The notes under the pieces: model-generated
Database searches by the model: none
What the model was told of the DNA's origin: nothing
What the model saw: only the letters and a program-made list of their open reading frames with translations
Position numbers and translations under genes: made by a program
In this document: piece by piece, positions 11,169 to 24,963 of the stretch
Layout of the letters: every line of letters starts with the position of its first letter
How positions within the stretch are numbered: position 1 is the first letter of the stretch
NCBI GenBank assembly: GCA_013265495.1
Contig: MU058423.1
Span: 9,347,627 to 9,411,626, forward strand
Direction of reading: 5' to 3'
Length of the DNA stretch: 64,000 bases
DNA from: Vicugna vicugna
Taxonomy: Eukaryota

Positions 11169-13195
11169 GTAAGTGTCTCCTGTTTTCTTCAGAGCTCTTT
11201 GCAAAGCATTTAAAAATTGAATCCAGCTGGGTGACAGTACTAAGAGCAGGCGCCTATGCTGGCCAGGGCTGTCGGTGACGCTGGACGCTTTATTAACTCA
11301 CTGGGTTCTGGAGCCTGTGTTGTGCTAATGGGTGTTCACTAACGAGTTAGGTTAATAATATGTCCCATGACTTTGGCTGTGAGCTTTAATCCCATGAAAA
11401 GGGTGATTGTAAGTAGAGAGGAGTTTGGGATCCTGAAAAGCATCGACTTTATTCATGCATCAGTGTTTAAAATTTTTTTAAATTTTATTTTAAGCATATT
11501 TAAACCTAATGGTATAATTACCTACGTGAGGGTGCTTAGAGCCTTACTTGGTTTTTAGTGTCTTTTAAGTTAGGAATCTTAGCTCTCCCCACCTCTCCCT
11601 CACCTTCGGTGTGTCTTCAGAATTTCAGAAAGGCTCTGGGATGACTAGGTGTTACCTCTGCCCTTATTTTTTGCTCCCTGTTTGCTGCCCTAGGGCCAAT
11701 GGGAACTTTTCCACTTGTAAATTCGGGAATATTTCTTTACAAAGCCAAACTTTTTAGTTTCAGATATTTTCTGTTTTCTCTAAATTAAAGAAAAAGTGGA
11801 AAGATTCAAGTATTGTACTTGGGTAGTGCAGATTTTGGGAGGCTAAAATTTGATCTATTAATTTATTGAAAACAATGAGCTAGACTTTTTACAGGATAGT
11901 TTTGTTTAAAAGGATGAACTCTACTAAGTCTTTTAAAAAATAAGCTAACATGTTAATTCTTCTGCCTGGCTATGCCTTCTGTTTCAAATTTGTCCACTTA
12001 GGTGATGTCAGATTCTCTGGAAGTCACATTGTACTGCATTGCATTGAGCGCTGTTTAAAAGGTTGTCTGCTAGTCACTGGGAAAGGAAGTCAATGAGTAG
12101 AATGCCTTTGCTGCCTCCAGGAATTTTCCTTAAGACAGGTCAACCAGTTGTGGCAGAAAAATGTGATTAAAATTTTTTATTAGCAAAACCCAAAGCTTAT
12201 GGAGCATCTGAGAAGAGTGGTTATTTAAGGTTGGCAGAATTAGCCAAGATTCCTATGAAGAAAGGATTTTAATGGAAGACCTGGTTTACGGTGGGCGCTA
12301 TGCTCCTCGATGTTTCATAGATGTTATTTATTTAAACTTCACAAAGGCCCTTGATGTTGGTAGTATTGTCTCTAACAAAATGAGAAATTTAAGGCCCAGT
12401 GAGGTTAAGTAATTTGCCTGCGGTCACTAAGGTGGTGCCTGTTGGAGTCAAACCTGGTTTCTGTGATTTCAAAGCCCTTATTGCACACTGTCCCATGGGA
12501 CAGAGTAGTTGATGGCATTTTAAATGGAACTCGAAAGAGAGGTAGATGTTTTATTTATTGAAACAAGTCCAAAGAAAAACAGTAAAAGTAACATAGAATG
12601 TTTGAAAAAAGAAAAAAGAAAAAAAATCTAAACACCTTATAGTTAATTGAACGTGTTACTTTACAGTCTTCACATATGCATGTTTTGTGGTGTTTTTAAG
12701 TTATAAAGCGCTACAAACTTTCAAAAACATGCATAATTCAAAGAGGATTAAAAAGAGGAAGTCCATTCCTTTTCAGATATTGAAAACACTCTCCTAGAGG
12801 TAACAACTGCTGAGAATGGTTAAAGTGCGGTGTAAACGTTTTTTTTTCTTTTTCTCTTTCCGTTACATGTATTTGGTACATTACATGTAGTTTTGTAGTC
12901 GGCTTGTTTTCATCCCTCAGTGCGGCGTGAGCATGTTTCTACCTAACAGATACATGTCTTAGGATTTTTGTGAAATGAGTTAATACTTGCAGAGCACTTA
13001 AAAGAACGCCTCGCTCCTGGAAAGCACTCAGTAAGTATTAGCTGTTATTCCTTTCCTTGTTTACTCTGTTTCATTCTTTTAAATGGGTACACAGGATTTT
13101 AGAGTTTGAATATAGCATAGTACATTTTTTAAACCATCCAAATTGTCTTACATTTTTGCTATTACAAATAATCCTTGCATGATTGCATGGGGTTT

Positions 13196-13340
13196 TCTTT
13201 TTCTTTTTTCTTAAAAATTGAAGTATAGTTTACATACAGTATTATATTAGTTTCAGGTGTACAACATATAATTCAAATTTTTATAGAATTTACTCCAGAC
13301 AAAGTTATTATAAAATAATGACTATATTCCTTGTGCCTAT
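13196..13340 (-). mobile_element. L1 3'-end fragment
   Basis: aattgaagtatagtttacatacag...tttcaggtgtacaac is an L1 3' UTR signature. Confidence 0.7.
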
Positions 13341-13789
13341 GTTGTGTGGGGCTTTCAGTAGAACAAATTTTTAGAAGTGATACTCCTTGGTCAAACATTA
13401 AACATATTTTAGTTTAGTAGGACACTGTCAAATGTCCTCCAAAATACTGTGACAATTTACACTCTTCACTGACCTTGTGAGTGTCCTTATTTCTCCACGT
13501 CCTTGCTTATGTTGGATGTTATTAGTCTTTTGTATTTTACATGAAATCATAGGCAATGAACATTTTTTACATAGTTTAAGCACAGTGTACAGAGATTCTG
13601 TAGCTTATTTTTTCTTCCCATTTAACACGTATCCATTTTTACATGACTGGGAATTTGATGGATGAAATAATGGAGGAGAAGACAGAACATGGATAGAAAA
13701 AAAGTGTGGTGCTTGTTCCAGAAATAAATACAAATGGTACATCCTTGCAGTTGGGTTGGGCTGAAAACACATTAGACGCCTAATGCTTT

Positions 13790-14460
13790 TGTCCTTAATT
13801 GAATGGTTCCTGGGAAGCTGTTGAAGGTTTTGGGGGAGAGTAGTGATATGGTGAGATTTGTGCTCTAGGAAACTGATCTTGTGGTGTTGTGTAGCATAGA
13901 TGAAAATGGAGAGTCAAAAACAGGGAAGCCAAGTGAGAGTGTCTCGTTAATCTGAGTGACAAGTAATGTCACTAAAGACTTTAGCTTGAAGGTGATGGCA
14001 GAATGGAAAACAGCAGACAGATGTAATAGAGAGAACGGGAGGTAGACGAGAGATGCAGAAGGGATAGGTAGGTGTGCGGGAGGGTGGAGGTCGAATCTGC
14101 TTTCGACCTCCAAAGACCCCAACTTGGCTCCCCAAGTTTGGAGTCAAATCTTGAAAATTTGGGGTTTCAAGTCTAGTTGACTAGGACTGTGTTGACAGGC
14201 CACCCTCAGAGTAGGAAAGTCAGATGCGAGAACTAGTCTGGAGGAAAGAATAATGAATTTCGTTTTAGAAAAATTAAGCTCATTGTTGTCCAGAAACCTA
14301 TATACAGTTGGAAATTTGAGTCAAAGCATTGTGGAAATGTGGGATGGGGGCATCTGAAAGTTATGGGAAATGTTATTCAGGGGTGATAATTGAGGCAATA
14401 GAAGTAAAGAGCCTGTAGAGAAATGTGGGGATCAAGGGAAAAATTCTCGAGAATGGATAT
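13790..14460 (-). mobile_element. Degraded L2 (approximate)
   Basis: gggaagctgttgaaggtttt...gatatggtgagatttgtg resembles antisense L2. Confidence 0.55.
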
Positions 14461-14998
14461 CTTCATGTAAGGGGCTCAAAGAGGAACCAGACTTAATTAC
14501 AATATTGTTTACAATGACTATTTCTAACATTTGACCTTGGACCTAGTCAGGCTGTTCTTCACTGCCCTCCAAGGTCCATTGTCACTTTTCCCTTTCTACT
14601 TATAGTTGTCTTACTGCTCCCATTCAAACTGCTCGTTCTGAATTCCTTTTTCTCCATAATGCCTTATTTCCTGTGTCAGCTTTAAGGGTCTGATTTGACG
14701 CTGTGATGGCTTAGTGGTTAAAACTTCAGAAACTAGACCAGAGACTACACTCTTCACCGCTCAGGGGCATTGGCAAGTGTCTCAATCAGTGCCCTATTTT
14801 ACATCTTGGGGATAGAAATACCCTCGCACCTTCCTGGATTGTTTTGAGGAACGTGTGCTAAGTTCTTAACATGATGCCTGATACATTATAAGCCCTTAGC
14901 TCTTCTGTTATTGTATTCTCCTGTACCTCTAAATTTCTATAATGAAATGCAGTTTTTTTCCCTAATTTGTCCCTATGTGATTTTAAGCAGTAGTTTTT

Positions 14999-15336
14999 TT
15001 TTAACATTTTTTATTGATTTATAATCATTTTACAATGTTGTGTCAAATTCCAGTGTTCAGCACAATTTTTCAGTCATTCATGGACATATACACACTCATT
15101 GTCACATTTTTTTCTCTGTGATTTATCATAACATTTTGTGTATATTTCCCTGTGCTATACAGTGTAATCTTGTTTATCTATTCTACAATTTTGAAATCCC
15201 AGTCTATCCCTTCCCACCCTCCACCCACCTGGTAACCACAAGTCTGTATTCTCTGTCCATGAGTCTATTTCTGTCTTGTATTTATGCTTTGTTTTTGTTT
15301 GTTTGTTTTTGTTTTTTAGATTCCACATATGAGCGA
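14999..15336 (-). mobile_element. 5'-truncated L1
   Basis: Homologous to 6405-6760; TSD tagttttt (14991-14998, 15337-15344). Confidence 0.85.
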
Positions 15337-17388
15337 TAGTTTTTAATAACCCTCGTGAGCTTCAAATTCCAGGCAACAAAAAACTTTGTATTGTTTTTTA
15401 TTTTTCAGGGATTAGAGTTCATACAGCTAAAGAACCTACTGTGTTGACTGGAACAGAACAGGATTCAACAAATAGTAACATCAGTTAAATGATAGATTAA
15501 TGGTATTTGCATTTGTTTCATCTATTAGTTTTGTGTCTTTAGAGAAGGGACCATTCCACTTAGCACCTAATGCTGTTTTGAGGACAGGACTGTTGTGAGG
15601 GCCATGTGGAATGGTCCAGATGGGAGCTCTATCTGTAATGAGATATTTGCTTCAGTCATTTTTCCAGAGAATAAATAAAGAAAATGGAAAAATTGCTTTC
15701 TGATGGTGCTCTAGTTAGGGGAATCAGGATTAGGTTGGAGAGCTCCCAGTTCCATTTTCTTCAGTGGTTTTGTCTACCTTTCCTTTTACTTTTTCTTGCT
15801 TTCATTTAAACTCTAATTTCTTTTTCAAAATTCTTTTCAACCATTTTACGTTTTCAAACCTGACAGATACCAAATTGATATTCAATGCGCCATTTTTTAT
15901 GCTCTTTGTTTTTTAGAACCTTCACTGAAAATGTCATCACTCTAATTGTTAATTTAAAAAATCATTTTTCTCTGTGCTTCCTGCTGTGAAAATAGAATCT
16001 GGAACATTTTTATCTGGGGACATGGAAATACTTGACCTATTTTTCACTTCCCCTATAATTTGAGATTCAGCTATCAAAGTCAATTTAACTCTTGATGTGG
16101 AAGTTTTTTTTATGAAGGTAAAGTTAAATTACTGGAAAGAAGAGGAACCAATTTTCTGAAATATTTCAGAAGGCTTGAATGAATTACATGCAGATGAAAG
16201 AAGTACGTGGAACCATTATAGTGTACAGAAGAAATGAGCACGTAGTGGCGATATGGGAAGTTAAGAGTGATAACAAATAATGGCAGTTACCACTTACTGA
16301 CAGCTTCGTGCTTTTAGGCATTGAACTAGTAGTTTTTGTATCATTTTTTCAGGAGCTTTCGTTCCGTGAAAGGAATTTCTACATTGCTGCTCAGACTCAG
16401 AGAGTGGACCCAACATTCTGAATTCAGTAGGCTGACCTAGATTTCAAGTTTGTCACAGTATGCCCCCACTCACATTTTTCCTTGTGAAATTTGGATCCTT
16501 ACTGTGCCTGTTTACTTTTCATGTCCCTCTCTCTCCAAGAAGGGAGCAATGATGTGGACTGTAGAGAATGCAGATGTTGGAGTTTAAAAGTACACCCAAT
16601 TTAGGGTGTGTTCCCTGGTCTCAGTTTCTTCATCTCTAAAATGATAGTCCTACCTGCTTGTTGTAAGGATTACATTAGCCCTAGTATCTACCAGGTTCTT
16701 ACCAAACATCGTTTTTTTCTTTTTCCTCTGCCTTCTTCACGCTGTCTCCCCTTTCTTCCTCTTCTATGGTAAAACTGTAATCCTTTCCTTCTTGTTGTCA
16801 TGGACGTTTCGTTGCTTTCCATATACCTCTTGTGCTTAGTCTGAACTTTTCTGAGTTTTTCAATCTCCTTATTCTTCTGTGGTTCTACCTACTTCTCTAA
16901 AACTCTTTCTGCCTAACTCTGCCACTCTACAAGTGAGCACCCATTCTAACCTAACCTCTAACCCCAGTCCCTCTAGGTTTTGGTCACAGGCCTGCAAGGT
17001 TTGCCCCAGATCCCAGATGCAATGCTGAAATTGCACTTGTGCTGTGTCTCAGAATTGATTTCTAATTCAGCTTGGAATTTCAACTTCACTTTTTAATGGA
17101 GACGGTATTATAAATGGTGGTTCTGTTTCTAGGCCAAAAGCCTAGAAGCAAAAGAAGCGTGTTTAACTCATAAATTGATTGAAAAATTTGATATTACAGC
17201 AAAGTAAAAGGAAATAATGTCATTGTAATCTTAGTAATAAAGTAAAATGAAAACAATATTGAATAAGAAGTAGTTAATTACTTTAAACTTTGTAGAATAT
17301 AGGTGATGGAAATTCTGAAAGGAGCATTCAAGTGCCTTAGTGATTGCAGTGTTTTTATATTATGGTTATGATAAAAAAAAATTCACAT

Positions 17389-18649
17389 TGTAAGGCAGAA
17401 CAAGAGAAACTTAAACATAAAATTTTTCTCTGTCCGTTTGGGCATCCTCCTTCCCCTCTAGTGTGCACTGTGCATCTGCATTACGGGTTAAGCATATCCC
17501 CCCAGAGGCAGAAATAACTACTCAAGCATAAAGATCAATTTTTATTCTTCTGGCCTCAACCACGTAACTCCTTAGAAGATGATATTCCTTTCTCAATCCG
17601 TTAAGGGGTCACGATGACCCGCCACTCACCTTGTACATGCAGACGTCTCTGGGGAACTTCGTGTACAATGCCAATACATCCTTTCCTTTAAAGATAGTGA
17701 TTGGTGCAGAAGAGACTGGGCAGATGAGCTGGGGAAATCGGGGAGATTCTGGGCGGCACCTAATGGAAGTTCTTAGTTTAAATACTTAACTTATGAGCTT
17801 ATTAATGTTACTAGCTATATTATTTATATTCTGCCTGTATTACAACGTTACTGTTTCTTGTATTACCGAATGTGTGACTGAACTTCAAATAAATTTAGTG
17901 ATGATTAAGGAGACCTGAAATGATTGACTGAGTATTTGGTACGATACGATCAGTGATTGTAATAGTGTAACTCTAGATGTGGGAAGAGGCAACAGGAGGG
18001 AAACTCTCCTAGGCCATAACAGACTAGTAAGACAGGAGGTCCGGAGGCCTTTGGCTGCTGTAAACAGGGCCTAGTCCAGTAATAACACATTGAGTGGCCT
18101 ATCAACAAAGTCCTCTCTGACCTGGGAATGAGTATTCCTAGTGCCATGGGACAGATTGCTCACAAAATGCCTCCCAAACCTTGGTCGAAATGAAGACCAA
18201 AAGGGAAGAGATTGTACAGAATGTTGCCCACCCTCCACTTCTATAAGAATCAAGTCATTAGCCTCTGCAGTCACTGACCCACCATACACCCTGAAAGGAG
18301 TTCAGCGCGAGGGTCAGGATGGGGCACTCTGTGCTTTGGGAAAACTGGCAGAACAGGCCTTTAGACAGAAATTTTCAGGAGAAATTCTGTTGACCCAGTG
18401 TCTAAACACTAAAAACATTAACTAAGATATCTGTTCCTTGTGAATAATACTAACCTTCTACCAAGACGTGAACTTGATTGCATGTACCCTCTCTCTAAAA
18501 TCTCATGTATGCAGGCCTCCCCTGTTACTCTTTGGAACCGTTTTCAGAGCTTTCTGAGAGACTGTCTCCTGGGTTATAATCTTAGTTTGGCTCAAATAAA
18601 ATTTTCCATTTCTTTCTTAGATTGACTTCTGATTAATTTTTCATCAACA
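17389..18649 (+). mobile_element. ERV LTR sequence (one long LTR or a composite), sense to FRRS1
   Basis: TGTAAGGCAG...CATCAACA termini, AATAAA near 18595-18600, U5-like end. No TSD seen. Confidence 0.65.
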
Positions 18650-20309
18650 GTTAATTAAACTAGTTTTTTTGTCCGATGGATGTTCACTAAACTTGTGGTA
18701 ATCACTTCATGATGTGTGTAAGTCAAGTTACTATGAGGTACACCTTAAACTTAGACAGGACTATATGTAAATTATATCTCAATAGGACTGGAAGAAAAAA
18801 TAAAAAATAATAATATAAAAAATACTACTTGGGGGAAATTTTTTTTCCCTCATATAGAAGGTTGCAGTGAGAAAGCTAATTTATTAGCCATATATATAGT
18901 TTTTGTTCAGGTTCACAGATGAAATAATACAGAATAAGACATTTTCCACTGGGTAAGTCCATCTTCTACCTCCAAAATCCTCCTTGTGTCTTGGCTTTTT
19001 TGTTTCTTCTGTTGTTCTGAGAACTCTCCTTTTTTACTGAAATCCTTGAAACTCCTAATTGAAAACGATTCAAGACCGAAACTTAATGGTCTATGTATGC
19101 CATAAAGTAACGTTTTCAAACCACAGGTTGGGATTCGCCAGTAGGTTGTGAAATAACAACTCAGTAAGATGTAACCGGCATTAAAAAAAAGGGAAGGAAT
19201 AGAAAATATATGAGTTTATCATGTGTAGTAAAGGTAAAAAGTGCCTCTTGAAATGTGTGTAGGTTTATAATATAAAAACATTTCTTACTTTGAGTGTGGT
19301 AAAAAATTTTTTAAAACCCACAGCATATAGCAAAAAAAATCATTTTCCAAATTATTTTTAGATATTTTATAGTAAACTCTTTTTTTTATGACTTTTCATA
19401 ATTAAGAAAACCTTCTTACCGCCTACCTATGCATTAATAAAGACTCTCAGTGTTTGCTTACATTCGTATCTTGGATGGTGAGCGTAGGTGTTACTGGGCT
19501 GGTTCCCACTATTTTTTGTGTGTATGTTAACTTTTGAACTCCTTTGATGCCTTCATTTAAAACAAATGACTAATAATAAAAGCTAGAGCTGGAATGCAAT
19601 ATGACTAGACTTGATTAGTTATTTGCTAACTTAATCATCTGACATGGTTATTATAAAAGCTGTGCTTTCTACCACATTTTCCTTTTCTCACATGTTCTTG
19701 AAGTCACACAGTAAAAAAAAAATTTAATGACTAATTTACTTAAAAAAACCCTATAACACATAGTCTTTTTTCTTACATCAAAATATTTTTCATCTGGATT
19801 TTTCTCATTTTATCTGAAATTCACTTTGTTGTAATAAATAAATTGCCCTGATTAATATCTTTGGTTTAGAGTCACAATAGTTACATATTCATCCAAGTAC
19901 AAGAATTTGGTATTTTAATAATAATGAATACATTTGTTTTGAAATTTTGTCTTTGTGTGTGGTATATGTAGAACATGGTATAAGCAGTCATTTACCTTTT
20001 TACTAAGTGCCTGTCTTTCAGGCAAAAAAGAAAACTGTGTAAATCTCTTTAGGTTTGGGAATTATTTCAGTTAGAGGATCAGGATGACCTCTCTTTTAAC
20101 CTTTTAAACGAACAGGTCTATCTCTATCTTTGGGTGACAAAATGCAAGTTATGATTTTTTTTAGTTCCCTATATTATACCCATGGTAGAATGTGAATATT
20201 AAAAACTTGTAAAAATTAGTGGGAGTTTTTCCAGTGCTTGAAGGATAATCTCATAATAGATCATTATTCACATTCCATAATTTTAGCTTAAATGTTTCCA
20301 TGAATAACT

Positions 20310-20593
20310 TTTTTTTATTGAAGTACAGTCAATTACAATGTGTCAGTCTCTGGTTTATAGCACAATGTCCCAGTCATGCATGTACATACATACATTTGTT
20401 TTCATATTTTTTCTATTAAAGGTTATTACAAGATACTGAACGTAGTTCCTGTGCTATACAAAAGAAACTTTTTTTGAAATCTGTTTTTGTGTATAGTAGC
20501 TAACATTTATAAATCCGAAACTCCCAATTTTATCCCCTTTCACCCACTTTCCCCAGTAACCATAAGATTGTTTACTAAGTCTGCAAGTCTGTT
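20310..20593 (-). mobile_element. 5'-truncated L1
   Basis: L1 3' end; 11-bp TSD catgaataact (20299-20309, 20594-20604). Confidence 0.88.
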
Positions 20594-22619
20594 CATGAAT
20601 AACTCTTTATTCCTTCTCATAACTATGCAATCTGTTGGCATAGGTTGGCTCATGAATTAATGTATTCATTTGAAAAATGTTGTTTCTTAAATCATTAGCT
20701 GGAAAACAGTCCTTGACCATTGTAATGGAAATAGAACTTTACCTTGAATGGTCAGTATCTGACCAAGGACAAAGAAATTGCTGTTGTCTGCTTCCCTCTC
20801 TGACCTTGTTTGTTATATTTTCCTAATGAATGACAGGTAGTGGTGTCTTAGTCACTTCCCTTTCCCGTTTAATGCTTCATGCTGTAATAATTCCCCAGTA
20901 CACTTTTCCACTTTGCTTTCCTAAAATCATAATGTTAGGGTTGGCCCTGAATTTTTTCCCTTTCACCTGTTATATTTTGCAAATGAAGAAACTGAGACAG
21001 ATTAGGTGACCTGATTGACATTGTTGAGCTACTTAATGTATAATAGCGACAAGACATCGAGTCTTGTGTCCACTTTGACCTGACAGGAAATCAGTGCCAG
21101 ATAAGTATTTGTTCAACCAACCTAACTCTTCCCACTATACCATTCTTTAGGTGAGATGTTATTTCTGCATTCAGTCTTCATAATAACTTGGCCAAGATCA
21201 CATTGTTAAAATAATGACCTTGATCCTCTCCAGTAAATCTTGCATGACTCTAAAAGCAGGTCTGCCCCTAACAAAAGGACCTAAAACCATGTTTGAACAG
21301 AAAATTTTCCTATTGTTCCATTCTTTAGCAGTTATTTTCTTAAATGTTGCTGCCCATAATAATTAACTATGTTTAAAGTTATGCTTTTCCTCTGAGTCTA
21401 CAAAGGAATCTTGTGCTTCTCTTATGATACAGGGTTTTTCAGAAACTCTTGATGAGTTCATTTGTTCCTTTTGCTTACCCTTAAATGAGAAGAATTCTAC
21501 CTAGCTTCAATATTTGATAAAAGATAAGGGTATACAGTTGGACTGTAGTTATTGGTGCAGTTGTGGGCTGGTTAAAGAGTGTAGCTCCAGCACAATTTCT
21601 GGTGTCTAGCAGGAATTTTTATAGTTTAGCCCTGGTCCAATGTGGGGTTTGTAAGTTAGATGACTATAAAAGAATAATTTGTGCTGGTGATTCTAAGGGT
21701 GCTTTTGTTTTGTCTATGACCAGAGTAACGGTATAGAAAACTCCCATTTCTATGGAGAATGAACTGCTTCTGGGGCTCTTGCCATCTGCAGCCTGTCCAC
21801 TGTGTGGACTTTACTTACTGCCATCTAACATATCCCTGCCCATCTACCTTTAGCCTTATATTCTATGATTTGCCGGTTTTGAACATATGCACAAAGTGAG
21901 GTGGTTGATGTGGGCTGGACGAGGGTGGGACTGGTTCTCCTGGGGAGATTGCAGAAGGCAGACAAACTGGAGGAAAGAAGAAAATTGCTTGGGCAAACAA
22001 TAGTGTTTCTTAATTCAGAAGTATCTGGGCTATAGGTAATAGAAATATTGTTTCTTGCAATTGGTTGCTATCCTTAGTTTTCAGGGTTGCAAATTAAATT
22101 TTCTACTGTGTCATTATGATTAGTTTAATAAGAAGTTGGGAGAAATCATACCAGAGATTTATTCAGGTGATGATATTTAAATACAGAAGAAACATTTCTT
22201 ATTTGTTCTTTAAATTTTTCAGGATGAAGTAGAATAAGACCTTTTGCTTTTATTGGATCATTTTATTACTTCCCAATCACGCTAATGAACACTAACATTT
22301 ATTATCTTCCTAGTCAGACTTTGACTGTATCTAAATTTTACTAAAACAGTTTGGAAAGGAGGGTTTTCGTTTCTTTATTTTTCCGGTAAGGAAGGAGACT
22401 TAAGTGATTTGCTTAAAATTTCAGTTGGTAATTGGGAGAGCTGAGATTCAAATCCAGGTCAGACTGTACCTATGACATTCTTTATATTACCTGTTTTTGA
22501 GATTGTGGTTAAACAGATTTTTGAGAGCAAGTAGCCATCTAGACTTACTATCCTGTGGTATGAAAGTTTTATGTTTTAATTATATGTGAAAATAATGTGC
22601 TTTTAATCTTCTTTTTGAG

Positions 22620-22815
22620 ATGGTAGTTCCTGGATATACACTTGGTGCCTTCATACTTCTGTTGCACGTTAAATCTGTGGCTAATTATCCCAATGGAAGG
22701 GTAACGAAGTCGTGCCATGGGATGATACCTGAACATGGTCACACCCCGCAGTCTGACCCTGCTCACAACATTTCAGTGAGTCAGATGACATTCAAGCCAG
22801 GAGATCAGATCAAAG
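22620..22815 (+). CDS. FRRS1: FRRS1 coding exon 1 (signal peptide, start of reelin domain)
   Basis: ATG at 22620; MVVPGYTLGAFILLLH...KPGDQIK; 196 nt; donor G|gtact. Confidence 0.95.
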
Positions 22816-23671
22816 GTACTGTGCTGATACTAACTATTTACATTTTGAATTTCACTCTTTTATTGTGCATTGATTCTTTATTATTACTGGATTTATACAG
22901 TTTCATTTAAATATGTTCATCTGTTTTCATAAGATGCCATGATCTTATACTTCTCATTTTTGTGTTTAACTCCTACAGATGTCTATATTACTTAAATAGT
23001 ATACCTACCACCAATTCAGAATCGCTTTTAAAAAATGTTTTCATCATTATTTAATATATCTTCATTTACATTACTATTTACTCAATTGCAGAGGAAAGTA
23101 AAGTTTATCTGGCCTAAAGTATTAAACCCTTATCCTTTTTGATATAGTATAATCTCATGTGTTTCCCTAATTCTTCCAGCAGAATGTAGGCTGACTGTTA
23201 AAGGTGTGTCTGTAACAGCATTTTACAAAGTCTATTTCCTGCAGCTTTAGAAATGCGACATATTAACTGATACGCTCTAACAAAAAGGATGTATGGAAAA
23301 AATAAGTCTGGAATGCCCTGTGGGTTATATATATTATGCTTAGGGTTTCATTCTGCAAAGTAGGATGTTAAAGGCCCTGAGGGGTTTGCAGTAAAGACAT
23401 AAGCATTTACTTTCATCCAGCATTTTTCAAATACGTTGGCCTCATGGGCCATGCCCTGACCATAACCTACCTTTTCTTCCCTGTGGAATTAGATCTCATG
23501 GAATAATATCCTGTGGGACACAGTTTAGAATTTCTTTGTCTAGGGGAAGATTCCTCCCCTTCTCTCCTGGAGTAGCTCTGCGTACGTACACCTGCTTCGG
23601 TGATATACCTCCTCTGAGCAGTTTTCTGGGAGGTTGTTGCTAAGCCTCTTATGTTTTTGTTTGTTTCTCAG

Positions 23672-23808
23672 TTACTTTGTCAGGGCCACCCTTTAAAGGC
23701 TTTCTCTTAGAAGCACGTAACGCTGAGGATTTGAGTGGCCCTCCTGTCGGCTCCTTCACACTGATTGACAGTCAAATGTCACAGCTTCTGACCTGTGAAG
23801 ACACACAG
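23672..23808 (+). CDS. FRRS1: FRRS1 coding exon 2 (reelin domain)
   Basis: ttctcag| (V)TLSGPPFKGFLLEARNAED...LLTCEDTQ |gtttgt; 137 nt. Confidence 0.96.
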
Positions 23809-24868
23809 GTTTGTGTTTCATTTGAAACTAATTTCTGTCAGTTTCCATAGGTCTTTTCACTCCAGGAAGGTGTTTGCAAGACAAACAGTGACATTACCCA
23901 TGTCCTGCAGACATTTGGATAGATTCACGAGGATCAGACTTTTCCACCTAATTTTCTACTGGCAACGTATTTTCACACATCAGTGTCCTAGAAAAGATGG
24001 GATCATAGCTTGAAGGGTTTATAGCTTTTGGTATTTTATGTAATATTGACTTTTATTTATATTTTATTGTATTGAATTTTGGAGGGTGTTAATATTGAAG
24101 GTTTCTAGAATGGAATAGAGGCCTAATTTTTGTAATTGATTCATTAGTGCAATGAACATTTATTATGCCAGGAACTGTCCTGCAAGGGATATGGTGATGA
24201 GCAAGGCTTGTTCTTTGAAGAGCTCATAGCCTTCCTTGCACATAAGTGAAGCTCATGGGCATTTGCCCTGAGGCACATAAATAGAACATATGGATATAGG
24301 ACGGACACATAAGTAGAACAGATGGTGTCTTAGATTAGAACACATGCAGGGTGGGTGGGAAGCGCAGCAGAGGTGCTACCCACAGGCTGAAGGAATTGAG
24401 AGGAGATGATCTCAGCTAGACCTCAAAGAATGTGTGGGAACTTGCCGGGTGAATGGAGGTGGGAACAAGATTGTTCAAGAGAATGGAATTACTAAAATCT
24501 AATGCTACGTATTTGGAGGCAGGAATTTTCTTCTGCATTCTTCTTGTATCAATTAATAAAAAGTATAAACTTGCAGTACAAATGAAATAATGAGCAGGCT
24601 CTGTATAGCATTAACACACCCAACACTCATAACTCTCTTCAGTTCTTGAATGTCTGCTGACTCTTGTTTATTTGTAGAGCCAGCTGCTAATTCGGTGTCA
24701 ACCAGTCAACACGTATTTGTTGAGTACTTGAGCCCCTGTTCTAAATAAAATAGTCTATCAGAATACCGAGGCCATGCAGCGATAAATTACTTTGTAGAAG
24801 TGGTAGTAGTTGCAGCCATGCTGAGCTATTGAGTGACTGAATGGTGGTTCTTTCCCATTTTGTTTCAG

Positions 24869-24963
24869 GGATCAGCAGTGAGTCACACAAATTCGCATGA
24901 AAAAACAGAAATTAAAGTCTACTGGAATGCTCCAAGCAGTGCCCCAAATCACATAAAGTTTCT
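24869..24963 (+). CDS. FRRS1: FRRS1 coding exon 3
   Basis: tttcag| GSAVSHTNSHEKTEIKVYWNAPSSAPNHIKF |gtgagt; 95 nt. Confidence 0.96.

Noticed and set aside
15409..15474. Strong polypyrimidine/AG acceptor suggesting another FRRS1 5' UTR exon
   Set aside because: No convincing downstream donor; cannot be supported without transcripts.
16946..16966. ctaacctaacctctaacccc, telomere-like
   Set aside because: Too short and imperfect to call an interstitial telomeric repeat.
24274..24326. Two imperfect copies of cacataa(a/g)tagaaca(t/g)atgg
   Set aside because: Small local duplication in degraded repeat-like intron sequence; only two units and not a CRISPR-like array.
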